This document shows, one piece after another, positions 18,440 through 28,800 of a stretch of DNA of 64,000 bases. The position numbers were made by a program, and so were the translations under genes. This stretch comes from Candidatus Kapaibacterium sp. (lineage in GTDB: Bacteria; Bacteroidota; Ignavibacteria; Kapaibacteriales; UBA2268). The DNA lies in NCBI GenBank assembly GCA_963664875.1, contig OY761611.1, positions 3,744,001-3,808,000 on the forward strand. Reading direction: 5' to 3'. The notes under the pieces were generated by a model that saw only the letters and a program-made list of their open reading frames with translations, did not search any database and was not told where the DNA came from. The stretch's first letter is position 1, and every line of letters starts with the position of its first letter.

Positions 18440-21400
18440 ATGGATAAGGAAATCTCAATCATTGATGTGATTAACTACGATCCGGAACTGGCTCTCAGCA
18501 TTATAAATCACGATAAACAAAAAGCTGAAGAGCTACTCAGAGAGGTAGCTGAAAGAAGGATAGACACGGAAGTTGCATGGAATTTGGCACGCTCTGCTTC
18601 TAAAGCAGGAATGCTCGATTTTGTAGAAAATGCTTGTAAGATAATACTTAATATCAACCCTGAATTTTGGTATGCACGCGAATTGCCGAAACATACAATT
18701 GGCTATTATTCGCAGATAAATCAGGATAAATTTCTGGAAAATTGGTTTCAAAGCTGGCAACCTAAAGAAAAGATATTTGTTGAGGTAGGAGCTTTTGATG
18801 GGTTACATTATTCAAATGTAAGACGTTTGGCAGAAGAACACTCTTGGTCGGGTATCTCGATTGAGCCGGTTTTCCACAATTACGAAAAGATGCTTAAAAA
18901 TTATAAGAACCTGCCCATAAAGTGCCTCAATATCGCTGCTTCCGATTATGACGGTGAAACAGAAATCAATGTCTCAAGCTATCCTCATTTGCCTGATTGG
19001 GGAAGCGATGTTGCTTCTTTGAAAGAAATTGATAAAGAAGTGTGGACAAATAAATATAATGCACAATGGACAAAACAAAAAGTTAGCGTTAAAACACTTA
19101 ACACAATACTAACAGAAGAAAATTTAGATAATATTGGTTTGCTTTGTATTGATACAGAAGGGGCAGACCTTGACGTGTTGAAAGGTCTTGATTTGAATAA
19201 ATACAGACCTGACATGATAGTAGTCGAATACGGTAAAATGCGTAATGAAATAATTAATTATGTTACTCAGCATAATTATTCTTCAGTATTTGACAATGGA
19301 CAGGATATCTTTTTTGCAGCTATCAATTTTGCATCTGAAAGCAACACTATCAATTTCTCCGGTGAAGCAAATCTGCCTCCTTACGATGAGATACAGTTGT
19401 TTGCAGAAAATGACTTGCATTTAGTATTAGACAAACAACCTGAAGATGTGCGAAATATAGTAATTGTTGGAGCTTATGACGGGTTTGAAATATCAAAGAT
19501 GCTCAAATCATATCCGAATGCGAAATTTTTTGCATTTGAAGCACATCCTGATCATTATCAAAAATTGAAAAACAACTATAATAATAAAAACAACTATAAT
19601 AATATAGATAGAGTAAAATCATATCATCTTGCTGTAGCAGAAATGCCGGGAGAAATTTATATACATCCTACAAATATAGAAGCTGCAGCCTCTACTTTGC
19701 CTTTGAAGACTGATGCTGACCTAGAGCTAAATGTAGATATATCTCAGGATCCTCTCAATCAATATGCTATAAGTAATCTGCCAAAAATTAAAGTTGAAGC
19801 GAATGCTCTGGATAATATCACAGACCTTGCCGGATTGGATATTGATTTACTGTGGATAGATGTGCAGGGAGCAGAGCTCAATGTGCTAAAAGGAGCTAAA
19901 GAGTTATTAAAACGAACATCTGCTCTATTTATGGAAGTATGGATGACAAAAACTCTTTATCAAGGGCAGTGCTTAGCTCATGAGCTAAGAGATTTTGTCA
20001 AAGATTACAATTTTGAATTATACGGTATCGGGCTTGATAATAAATTGGCAAACGGTACTGGTAATTCTATTTGGGTGAAAAGTGCAGTAAAACCGGAAAG
20101 TGTTGTTTCCACGTCAAGAGAGATAGTAATAGAGTCTGAGAAATCTTCACTTGTACCGGTGAAAGAGATAATGCACAAATTCAATCCACATCTTTTTGAG
20201 AAAGACTTCTTGCCGACAAATATTTCTGTACCTGTAAAAAAAGCAAGTCCAACTCAACTGCTAAATTTCAGAAGATTTGATTTGGCTGCAAAACTCATAT
20301 ATGCAGATTATCGAGAAAAAAATATAAACTCTGATTTTGGCCAGCAGGTATATTCTAATCATATACAGGTTATCAATAATTTTCAGGAATTAGATGCTTC
20401 CGGCAAAACCGGAATAATGTCTTTTCTGCATGATTTCAATAATCTGCTGGACAGCATAAAAGAAAACGGATATAGTGAAGATTCACTTATTCCTGTTGAT
20501 AGAGAAGGCACACCAGTAGATGGATCTCACAGGGTTGCTGCTTGTATCTATCATGATGTTGACATTCCTATGGCGAAGTTTCCTATTATCAGCTATAATT
20601 ACAGTTACTTCAATTTCCTTCAGGCAAAATTCCCTTTAGTCTATGCAGATGCTTGTGCTTATGAGTATGCAAAAAGAAAAGAAAATACTTATATCGCTAC
20701 AGTGTTTCCTTCAGCAGAAGGCAAAAATGATGAATTGATAGCTACTCTAAGTAAATATGGAAAAATAGTTTACCAAAAGCACATATTTTTACAAAAATAC
20801 GGCCCATTGCATCTAATCAGACAAATATACAGACATGAAGCTTGGCTGGGAGATTGGAGTAATAACTTTCAGGGAGCTCAACACAAAGCAAAAATGTGCT
20901 TCCAAAAATCAGGAGCAGTTAGAACATTTTTGATTGAGTCAGATTCGCCTGAGAGTATGAAACAGTGCAAAGAAGATATAAGAACACTTTATGGTATCAG
21001 TAATGATTCGATTCATATCAATGATACTCATCAAGAAACTATACTGCTTGCTCAGATATTGTTCAACGAAAATTCTGTGCATTTCCTAAATAATGCAGAT
21101 TTGAAGTTCTTCCCGAATTTTTACAAGCTTTTGGATTTATACGAGCAAAGATTTAAAAAAGGTGACTTGAATCCTGATCATTTTGCATTGGACGGCAGCA
21201 CAATCTTAGCTGTTTACGGGATAAGAGAAGCTCGAGATTTGGATTATCTTCATTTTGAAAATGAAGGTATAAATTTTGGAGCACCCGGCTATATTGATAG
21301 CCACAATTTTGAAGCAAAAGTACATCAATCTTCGATAGATGATATAGTGTGCAATCCTCAAAATCATTTTTACTATAACGGAATTAAGTTCGCTTCGCTT

Positions 21401-24400
21401 GATGTGCTGAAAGAAATGAAAACTGCAAGGGGAGAAGCTAAGGATTTGAACGATGTAAATCTGATAAATCAATTAGTTACCACTCCTATTCAGCCTATGA
21501 ATAAGTATAATCCTCAAAATATAATTGATACTACGAAGAAAACAAAAATTGTCGGATTGATGCCGGCAAGGAACGAGGAAAATATTATAGCCAATGCTCT
21601 TAAAGCATTATCCAAAGTTACAGATGCTATAGTCTATTTAGATGACTATTCGACAGATAATACTTTGGAAGTTGTTAATTCGCTAAGGCAGGAATGCAAT
21701 ATCGAATCCATTTTAACCAAAGACAGTTGGTATAGGGATGAACCGGGTGACAGAAACAGGCTATTAGAAGAAGGCAGAAGAATTGGCGGAACGCATTTTA
21801 TAGTTCTTGATGCTGATGAAATCATAACTTCAAACGCATTAGAAAAAGATATGCTACGTATCGGCATAATGAAAATGAAACCGGGCGATGTGCTGATGCT
21901 CAATTGGATTCAACTTTGGAGAAGCACTCAGCAATATAGATTAGATTCTTCCCAATGGTCGCATCATTATAAAGATTTTGCTTTCTGCGATGACGGGAAA
22001 TGTAGCTATGAGTCTGAATTTATACATACTCGAAGAACTCCCGGCAATCTTGACGGTAAAGTATTCCGAATTAGCGGTTACGAAACAGGAGTAATGCACT
22101 TTCAGTTTGTCAATTGGAGAAATCTTCTTATCAAACAAGCTTGGTATAGGATTCTGGAAAAACTTAGAACTCCTGAAAAATCAGAGCAGGCAATAAACGA
22201 AAGATACGCTCCAAGCAAAAACGAAACAGGTATCAATCTTGAAGATGCTCCACAATCATGGTTTGAAAATTATGATTTCCTTGATATGTCTGTTTATGAC
22301 AAACCGGAGCTATGGAGAGAAACGCAGGTAATAGAATGGTTTAATCAATATGGCACAGAACCTTTTGCTAATCTTGACATTTGGGATATAGACTGGGGTA
22401 AGGCAATTGGCATTAGTCCGGAACTTTATCGTAAACCTGAGGCAGAAACTGACCGGGTTATCGAAGAGATAGAGCGACAAATAGCAAGAGGCGATTATGA
22501 CACTGCCTATAGTATGCTCGATGTATATACAGTGCAATATCCCGAATCACATACTCTTTCTCTGATGTTTGCTGAAGTATGTATAGAAAGGAACGAAACA
22601 GAAGAAGCCAGAAAAGCTCTCAACAAAGTACTGAAACATCAGCCTGCAAATTTGCGAGCTCTTAATGCCTTTGCTGTATTGGAGTGGAGCGATGCCAACC
22701 CCGAAGAAGCTTTGAAATATCTGTTGCAGGCAATTAAAATAAATCCGAACGACGAAGTAGTTGTGCTAAATATAAGCGATATATTTCTTGCCGTCGGAAG
22801 AAAAGATGACGCAATTGAAATACTAAGCACATTTGTTAAACGCAATCCTGACAATCACAAGGCAAAACAAGCACTTGTAGAAATTGAAGCTATAGTCGAA
22901 GACAGCTCAAAGGAAAGCAATTTGACATATAAAGTGTCCGCACTTGTTAGCGTATATTCTTCGATGAAGTACATTGAAGCCTGTATGGAAGATTTGACTC
23001 GTCAGACTTTATTCAGGAAAGGAGAACTTGAAATTGTAATAATAGACAGCAATTCTCCTGAAAACGAAGTTGAGATTATAAATAGATACATTTCCAAATA
23101 TCCTGAACAAATTGTATATCAAAGAACCCAGCAAAGAGAAACAATATACCAAAGCTGGAACCGAGCCATTGATTTAGCAAGGGGTGAATATCTTACAAAT
23201 GCAAATACAGACGATGCACATAGGGTAGATGCTTTGGAATTGATGGCAAAAGCACTTGACGCAAATCCAAATCTAGGTATGGTCTATGCCGATACTTTCA
23301 TAACAAATATAGAAAATGAAAAGTTTGAAGAAACGCAATCTGTCAAACGCTATGACTGGCCTGATTATAATCTTGCTACTATTTTATCAAATTTTGCTTT
23401 TGGTCCACAGCCAATGTGGCGAAAATCAGTCCATAATACTGTCGGCTATTTTGACGACAAACTAAAAATTGCTGCGGACTACGAATTTTTCATAAGAGTT
23501 TGCAGACAGTTTGGAGCAACTCATCTCAGAGAGACGCTTGGGCTATTTTTGCAGAGAGACGATAGTGTAAGTGGTTCATCTAATCGAGAAACTACTATCA
23601 ATGAAACTATGCAGGTGCTGAACCATCACAGAAAAGATGTAAAGCTTAAAGAGTTATATCCTCGTTTAGCTAATGAAGCAACACCAAAAAATATAGCTCA
23701 TGCTTTATTTGATTTTGCAAACCTGCATTTAGTTAGTCCTTATCCAAATTATCAGAGAGCTTTGGAGCTTTACGAAGATGCTATGAAAACTGCTAATTTG
23801 GCACCTGTAGATTTGGCTGAAATACAAGATAAGTTTTTTAATAATGCGGCGATAATACTTGCTGCTTCGGGTCACCAGGAAAACGCAGAAGAATTTTTTG
23901 CAAAAAGTAAACAGGATTTAAGCCGATATAACGAGAAGCTTCTTGCAGAGTTGAAAAAGTCCGGGCAAAGAGCATTTCCGATATTATTTAAGATAAGCAG
24001 CATAGACAATGATGTTATAGCCGATGCACGCAGAGCAAACGCCTGCTGCTGTGATGATTATATGGAAATAGTTGTACTTAATGATCAAACTCATGACTTC
24101 GCTGATGTATATACAGGGAATAATGGAGTAGAGGTAACTGTTGATGAAATAATGCGAGCTAAGAAATCTTTGCCGCGTTATTCAGTCAGTTTGCAAGACA
24201 AAAATGAATCACAAGATTTGACAGAGTCAAAACCTGTCTTTCCAAGCATAGAAGACTTATCAAGAATTAAGACAAAGAAAAAAATCTTATTTACCATGTT
24301 TGGCTGGAATGAGTCAGGTGGCGGCACCTATATGCCGAGAACAATGGCAAAATATCTTGTGTCGCAGGGATTTGAAGTTGCTGTGTTTTATGCAGGTTTG

Positions 24401-25546
24401 ACTCACGGGACGGAAAGTAAACCTTACTTTTTTGAAAGATCAGAGGATTGTGGAGTTAAGTTATACGGAGTCTTCAATCGCCCGAGACCTTTCATAATAG
24501 ATAACGATCCAAATCTTGAAATACACGATCCACATATAGCAAGGCTATTCGAAAAGGTATTGGAAGAGTTTAAACCGGATATAGTTCATTTCCACAATTT
24601 TTTGGGATTGTCATTTTCTCTTGCTGAGATTGTTTACAATAAAAATATACCATCGGTCTATACTCCTCACAATTATCACTTGATAGACCCTGCATTATAT
24701 ATGATAAGAGAAGATTTGAAGATATGGGAGGATACCGAATATTTTAATAATTTATTAAATCCTTCAGAAAAATCAGAACTTAGAGACGCATACAGACAGA
24801 GATTTATATATGCCAGTTCGGTTGTAAATAAATTTACTGACTATACCCTTGCAATCTCAAACCGTGTAAAAGAGATATTAATTGATTTCGGATGTTTGCC
24901 TAATAAAATTTCAGTGGTGCATCAGATACCGGAATCTGTTGATAAATTGAAAAAGCAACATAAACACTACGAGAACAATCATAAAGTGCTCAAGTTTGCA
25001 TTCTTTGGAAGTGTGATTCCTCACAAAGGTGTTCATAAAATACTGAATGCCTCCCATGTGCTGAAACCGGGTATGGCAGAGTTTTATATCTTTGGAGAGG
25101 GGAACAATCGCTACATAGAGGAATTAAAAAAAGCAGATACTAATAACTCTCTGAAATGGATGGGAAGCTACAGACAGGAAGACTTAAGTGAAATTGCAGA
25201 CGAAATGGATGCAGCTATTATCCCAAGCATTTGGGAAGAGGGTGCAGGACTTGTCTTATTGGAAGCACAGGCTTTAGGCTTGCCTGTAATAGCTTCAAGA
25301 ATAGGAGGAATTCCGGATTTTGTGAAACATAAAGAAAACGGATTCCTTTATCCGTATAATTCTGAAATGAATTTGGCTTCGATTTTGACAGAAATAATCA
25401 GCAAACCAAATATGCTCGAAAAACTTAGTCAAAATACAATATCAGATATATCATTCGAAGATTTTATGAAGCACATTGTCAATATTTATAAACTATTACA
25501 GCAAAAAGACCGGCCAAAAGCAAAAGAGCTTGACTTTTTGATATAG
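18440..25546 (+). CDS. Giant multidomain glycan-modifying enzyme (2x FkbM methyltransferase, ParB/Srx-like, NTase-like, 2x GT2, TPR, GT4)
   Basis: FVEVGAFDG/CIDTEG and IVGAYDG/WIDVQGAE (FkbM); PVDGSHRVA; DGSTILAVYGIREARDLD; PARNEE..DDYSTD..DADE; DSNSPE..NTDD; HKG..PSIWEEGAGLVLLEA (GT4). Confidence 0.85.
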   Translation: MDKEISIIDVINYDPELALSIINHDKQKAEELLREVAERRIDTEVAWNLARSASKAGMLDFVENACKIILNINPEFWYARELPKHTIGYYSQINQDKFLENWFQSWQPKEKIFVEVGAFDGLHYSNVRRLAEEHSWSGISIEPVFHNYEKMLKNYKNLPIKCLNIAASDYDGETEINVSSYPHLPDWGSDVASLKEIDKEVWTNKYNAQWTKQKVSVKTLNTILTEENLDNIGLLCIDTEGADLDVLKGLDLNKYRPDMIVVEYGKMRNEIINYVTQHNYSSVFDNGQDIFFAAINFASESNTINFSGEANLPPYDEIQLFAENDLHLVLDKQPEDVRNIVIVGAYDGFEISKMLKSYPNAKFFAFEAHPDHYQKLKNNYNNKNNYNNIDRVKSYHLAVAEMPGEIYIHPTNIEAAASTLPLKTDADLELNVDISQDPLNQYAISNLPKIKVEANALDNITDLAGLDIDLLWIDVQGAELNVLKGAKELLKRTSALFMEVWMTKTLYQGQCLAHELRDFVKDYNFELYGIGLDNKLANGTGNSIWVKSAVKPESVVSTSREIVIESEKSSLVPVKEIMHKFNPHLFEKDFLPTNISVPVKKASPTQLLNFRRFDLAAKLIYADYREKNINSDFGQQVYSNHIQVINNFQELDASGKTGIMSFLHDFNNLLDSIKENGYSEDSLIPVDREGTPVDGSHRVAACIYHDVDIPMAKFPIISYNYSYFNFLQAKFPLVYADACAYEYAKRKENTYIATVFPSAEGKNDELIATLSKYGKIVYQKHIFLQKYGPLHLIRQIYRHEAWLGDWSNNFQGAQHKAKMCFQKSGAVRTFLIESDSPESMKQCKEDIRTLYGISNDSIHINDTHQETILLAQILFNENSVHFLNNADLKFFPNFYKLLDLYEQRFKKGDLNPDHFALDGSTILAVYGIREARDLDYLHFENEGINFGAPGYIDSHNFEAKVHQSSIDDIVCNPQNHFYYNGIKFASLDVLKEMKTARGEAKDLNDVNLINQLVTTPIQPMNKYNPQNIIDTTKKTKIVGLMPARNEENIIANALKALSKVTDAIVYLDDYSTDNTLEVVNSLRQECNIESILTKDSWYRDEPGDRNRLLEEGRRIGGTHFIVLDADEIITSNALEKDMLRIGIMKMKPGDVLMLNWIQLWRSTQQYRLDSSQWSHHYKDFAFCDDGKCSYESEFIHTRRTPGNLDGKVFRISGYETGVMHFQFVNWRNLLIKQAWYRILEKLRTPEKSEQAINERYAPSKNETGINLEDAPQSWFENYDFLDMSVYDKPELWRETQVIEWFNQYGTEPFANLDIWDIDWGKAIGISPELYRKPEAETDRVIEEIERQIARGDYDTAYSMLDVYTVQYPESHTLSLMFAEVCIERNETEEARKALNKVLKHQPANLRALNAFAVLEWSDANPEEALKYLLQAIKINPNDEVVVLNISDIFLAVGRKDDAIEILSTFVKRNPDNHKAKQALVEIEAIVEDSSKESNLTYKVSALVSVYSSMKYIEACMEDLTRQTLFRKGELEIVIIDSNSPENEVEIINRYISKYPEQIVYQRTQQRETIYQSWNRAIDLARGEYLTNANTDDAHRVDALELMAKALDANPNLGMVYADTFITNIENEKFEETQSVKRYDWPDYNLATILSNFAFGPQPMWRKSVHNTVGYFDDKLKIAADYEFFIRVCRQFGATHLRETLGLFLQRDDSVSGSSNRETTINETMQVLNHHRKDVKLKELYPRLANEATPKNIAHALFDFANLHLVSPYPNYQRALELYEDAMKTANLAPVDLAEIQDKFFNNAAIILAASGHQENAEEFFAKSKQDLSRYNEKLLAELKKSGQRAFPILFKISSIDNDVIADARRANACCCDDYMEIVVLNDQTHDFADVYTGNNGVEVTVDEIMRAKKSLPRYSVSLQDKNESQDLTESKPVFPSIEDLSRIKTKKKILFTMFGWNESGGGTYMPRTMAKYLVSQGFEVAVFYAGLTHGTESKPYFFERSEDCGVKLYGVFNRPRPFIIDNDPNLEIHDPHIARLFEKVLEEFKPDIVHFHNFLGLSFSLAEIVYNKNIPSVYTPHNYHLIDPALYMIREDLKIWEDTEYFNNLLNPSEKSELRDAYRQRFIYASSVVNKFTDYTLAISNRVKEILIDFGCLPNKISVVHQIPESVDKLKKQHKHYENNHKVLKFAFFGSVIPHKGVHKILNASHVLKPGMAEFYIFGEGNNRYIEELKKADTNNSLKWMGSYRQEDLSEIADEMDAAIIPSIWEEGAGLVLLEAQALGLPVIASRIGGIPDFVKHKENGFLYPYNSEMNLASILTEIISKPNMLEKLSQNTISDISFEDFMKHIVNIYKLLQQKDRPKAKELDFLI
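19568..19603 (+). repeat. 18-bp perfect tandem duplication, in frame (KNNYNN twice)
   Basis: AAAAACAACTATAATAAT twice. Confidence 0.85.
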
Positions 25547-25802
25547 AATTTGTAAAATGCAATAAGAAGAGGGTAAGGTTTGTAGATTGCTCTCTTTTTT
25601 TGTATATTTTTCAACAATGTGAATTTTCATACTCACTATTTGGCTATTTTTCTGTATATTATAAAGATTTTAGCTTTAAAATTGAAAGCCTATTGAAATT
25701 ATTTTGATAAACTGTGTAACAAAATACGCACTTGTTGGTCAATTAGATATAAAGGCAAATAAAAAAACATATATATTATTTATTTATTTTTCGGAGGAAA
25801 TT

Positions 25803-28800
25803 ATGAGGAAAAATCTACTTATTACCCTCGTTCTATGCCTTAGCTTCTTGATGGCAATACCCAATGAAGGGTTTGCTAATGTCAAAGAACTAAAACAAAA
25901 AATACGCGAACAAAGAGCTCGCGACTTCAAATTAGGTCAAGGTCAGATGGGCCGTAAGTTCATTGTGGCTATTCCGCCTAATGAATCAGCAGGCTATGGT
26001 TGGTCTGATTCCGCTATCGAGGTTTACATTGCAAGTGCTAATGATGTACTACTTGATATGGACATCATGGGTACAAAAAAGAAAAAAGCTCTCAAAGGTG
26101 GAGATGTTTTTACGATAAATGATGCAGAAGGACTTTCATATACTGCAGCAGAATGTAGAGAGCCAAATACTGCCACTACAAAAACAATCACAATAGAAGC
26201 AACAGGTCCTGTTTCTGTTTATGTGATGAACTCAAAAAATACAACTTCAGATGGCTATATGGCACTGCCGGTAGATTCTTGGCAGACAGAATATATGCAC
26301 TGCTCTTACTATGATAATTATGAAAGTGCAACAAACACTTTTGCTAACGGTTTCCTTATTATTGGCTCAGAAGACAATACAAAGGTAAATGTTAGGTTAA
26401 GAGGTGTTGGCGATAAAAACATTGCAACTTTGATGAAAGATGAAACAAAATCAATAGGAAGTGTTTTCAACGTTAAGGTCAATGCCGGGGAAGTTTATCA
26501 GATACAATCTGATGGTCTGACAAGAGGTCAGTTTGATCTTACCGGAACTTATATCAAAGCAGACAAACCAATTGGTATTGTATCATATCACTGGCGTACG
26601 GTTATTCCTATTCTTGAAAACAGCTCTCGTGACCACTTGTGTGCTCAACCTATGCCTGTAGATACATGGGGGCAGTATTATGCATCAGTTGCTTTAGCAA
26701 GAGGTGGTTCCACAAAAGGTGACTTGTTTAGAATTTTAGCACTTGAAGATAACACTTCTTACACCATGTCTTGGTATGACTTTAATACTAAAGAATCCTT
26801 AGGTGCGAGGAGTGGTGTTCTACAAAATGGTGGTGAATTTATTGAAATTTCTGATGTGATGAATGCAGATCCAACAGCTAAATCAGTTACAGGTACTTCA
26901 GTATTCCAAGCTGACAAACCAATATTCATTATGCAATATTCTTACTCTTCAGCATGGGATGGTGCTCAGTACGATCCTTTTATGTGGCCTGTAACTTCAG
27001 TTGAACAATATATTTACGGTACTATCTTCCAAGCACCTCCTAATAAAACATTTGGTGAAAACCACTTAAATATAGTAGCGTGGGATGATCCTAACGATCC
27101 GGAAAAGAAAGGTTTGCAATCAATTCTTTTTGATGGAACAAAAGTTGTTGATAAGATGCCTTCTTTCTTGTCTAACAGAATCCCTGGTACTGATTTGTAT
27201 TGGGCAAGATTCAAAATTGCTCCGGGTGTTCATAGCATGAGCACAGATGGTGTTGCGAAATTTGGTGGGTATATCTATGGATTCAAATCAGTTGACTCTT
27301 ATGGATGGCCTGCAGCTATGGCACTTAAAAAATTGTCTGAAACTGATACAGTTCCACCAGCAGTAAGCATTCAGGGTGAATGCGGCGAATGGACAGTTCA
27401 CGTGACTGAATTAACAATAGATCCTAATGTCAACGCAGATCCACGTCAGGTTGATACTGAAGTATGGGACGAGCCTGCAACTATCATAATGGACTCAACT
27501 ATTAAGGGTTACAAATATATTTCTTATAATATTAGTGAACCTCAGTATGTAAACAAAAACGGTCAACCACAGGATTGGAAATACGAACCGCATGATGACT
27601 ATCTCTTTAAATTATCTGTTTTAGATAAATTCCAAGATGCAAAATGCTATTTCTATGTTGCAGATCAGGAAGGTAATATAACAATTGACTCTGTAGAATA
27701 TTTTGCAGACTCTTTGAAAATCGTGAAGCCAGAATCTATAGTATTTGGCAGATGCCAAATTTTTCAAGATCACTTCATTGATGTTACTTTCCAAAACGCA
27801 GGAAGAGGACCTTTGCAGGTAAATACTAAAGAATTGGTTGATGGTGAGTTCTTTGAAATAGTAGAAGATTGGGGTGATTACGATGTAACAGAACTTGCTG
27901 TTGGCGAAGAAATGGAATTGAGATTGAAATACCACCCAACAGAAGAAGTCGAAGATCCCGAAGATTTCGATTTAGATTCAATATCATTCAAAGCTGAATG
28001 TTTGGACTTCAAATGGCCAATTGAAGGTCAGGGTGTAACTCCAAAAATTAAAGTAACTGAGTGGAAATCATCAAAGCCGGCATTCCCAGGCAATGAAATT
28101 GAAAAAACAGTTGCAAGTGGCTTCGATGGAGATGGCCTAAATGGTATAATTATCTCAAATCCGGGCTCTGACACTTTGATAGTTACTAAAGCTATGTTTG
28201 AAACTGTAATTCCTGAATTTAGATTCACTCCACGTGATAAAAACAATACTCCTGTAACATTCCCAATTGAAATTCAACCAAGAATGTTTAGTAAGGGAGA
28301 AGAGTGGAAAGTACAAATAATGGGTGAATATTTCACACCTTCAGCGATAGGTCGCTATCAGGATAATTTGGTATTCTCAAATAATGCATTTGATCCGATT
28401 GCTGAAAGCGATTCAATTTCTGAATGGGATCTTGTTTCTTCTCAAGGTACTGTAACTCTATCTGAATGCATATTTGGTATGCAGCATGTTGGCACTAAAA
28501 AAGTTATTAATGAAAAAGGTGCCCCTGCAACAGTAACTGTTGAGAATACAGGTAACGAAGTTGTTGTCGTAACAGAATTAGCATTTATTGATGCTGTTCC
28601 TTCTAACGACAATTTCATGTTCGTAGATGGTACCGGCAATTTAGTAGCTAAATACAATATTGATCCAAGTGATGATTATAAAGGTATAGAATTAGCCGAA
28701 GGCGAAACATATACATTTAATGTTGTATTTGTTCCATTTGAAGAAAGAGAAAATATACAAGCAAGAATTTTTGCTAAATACTATACTAAAACAGATTTAG

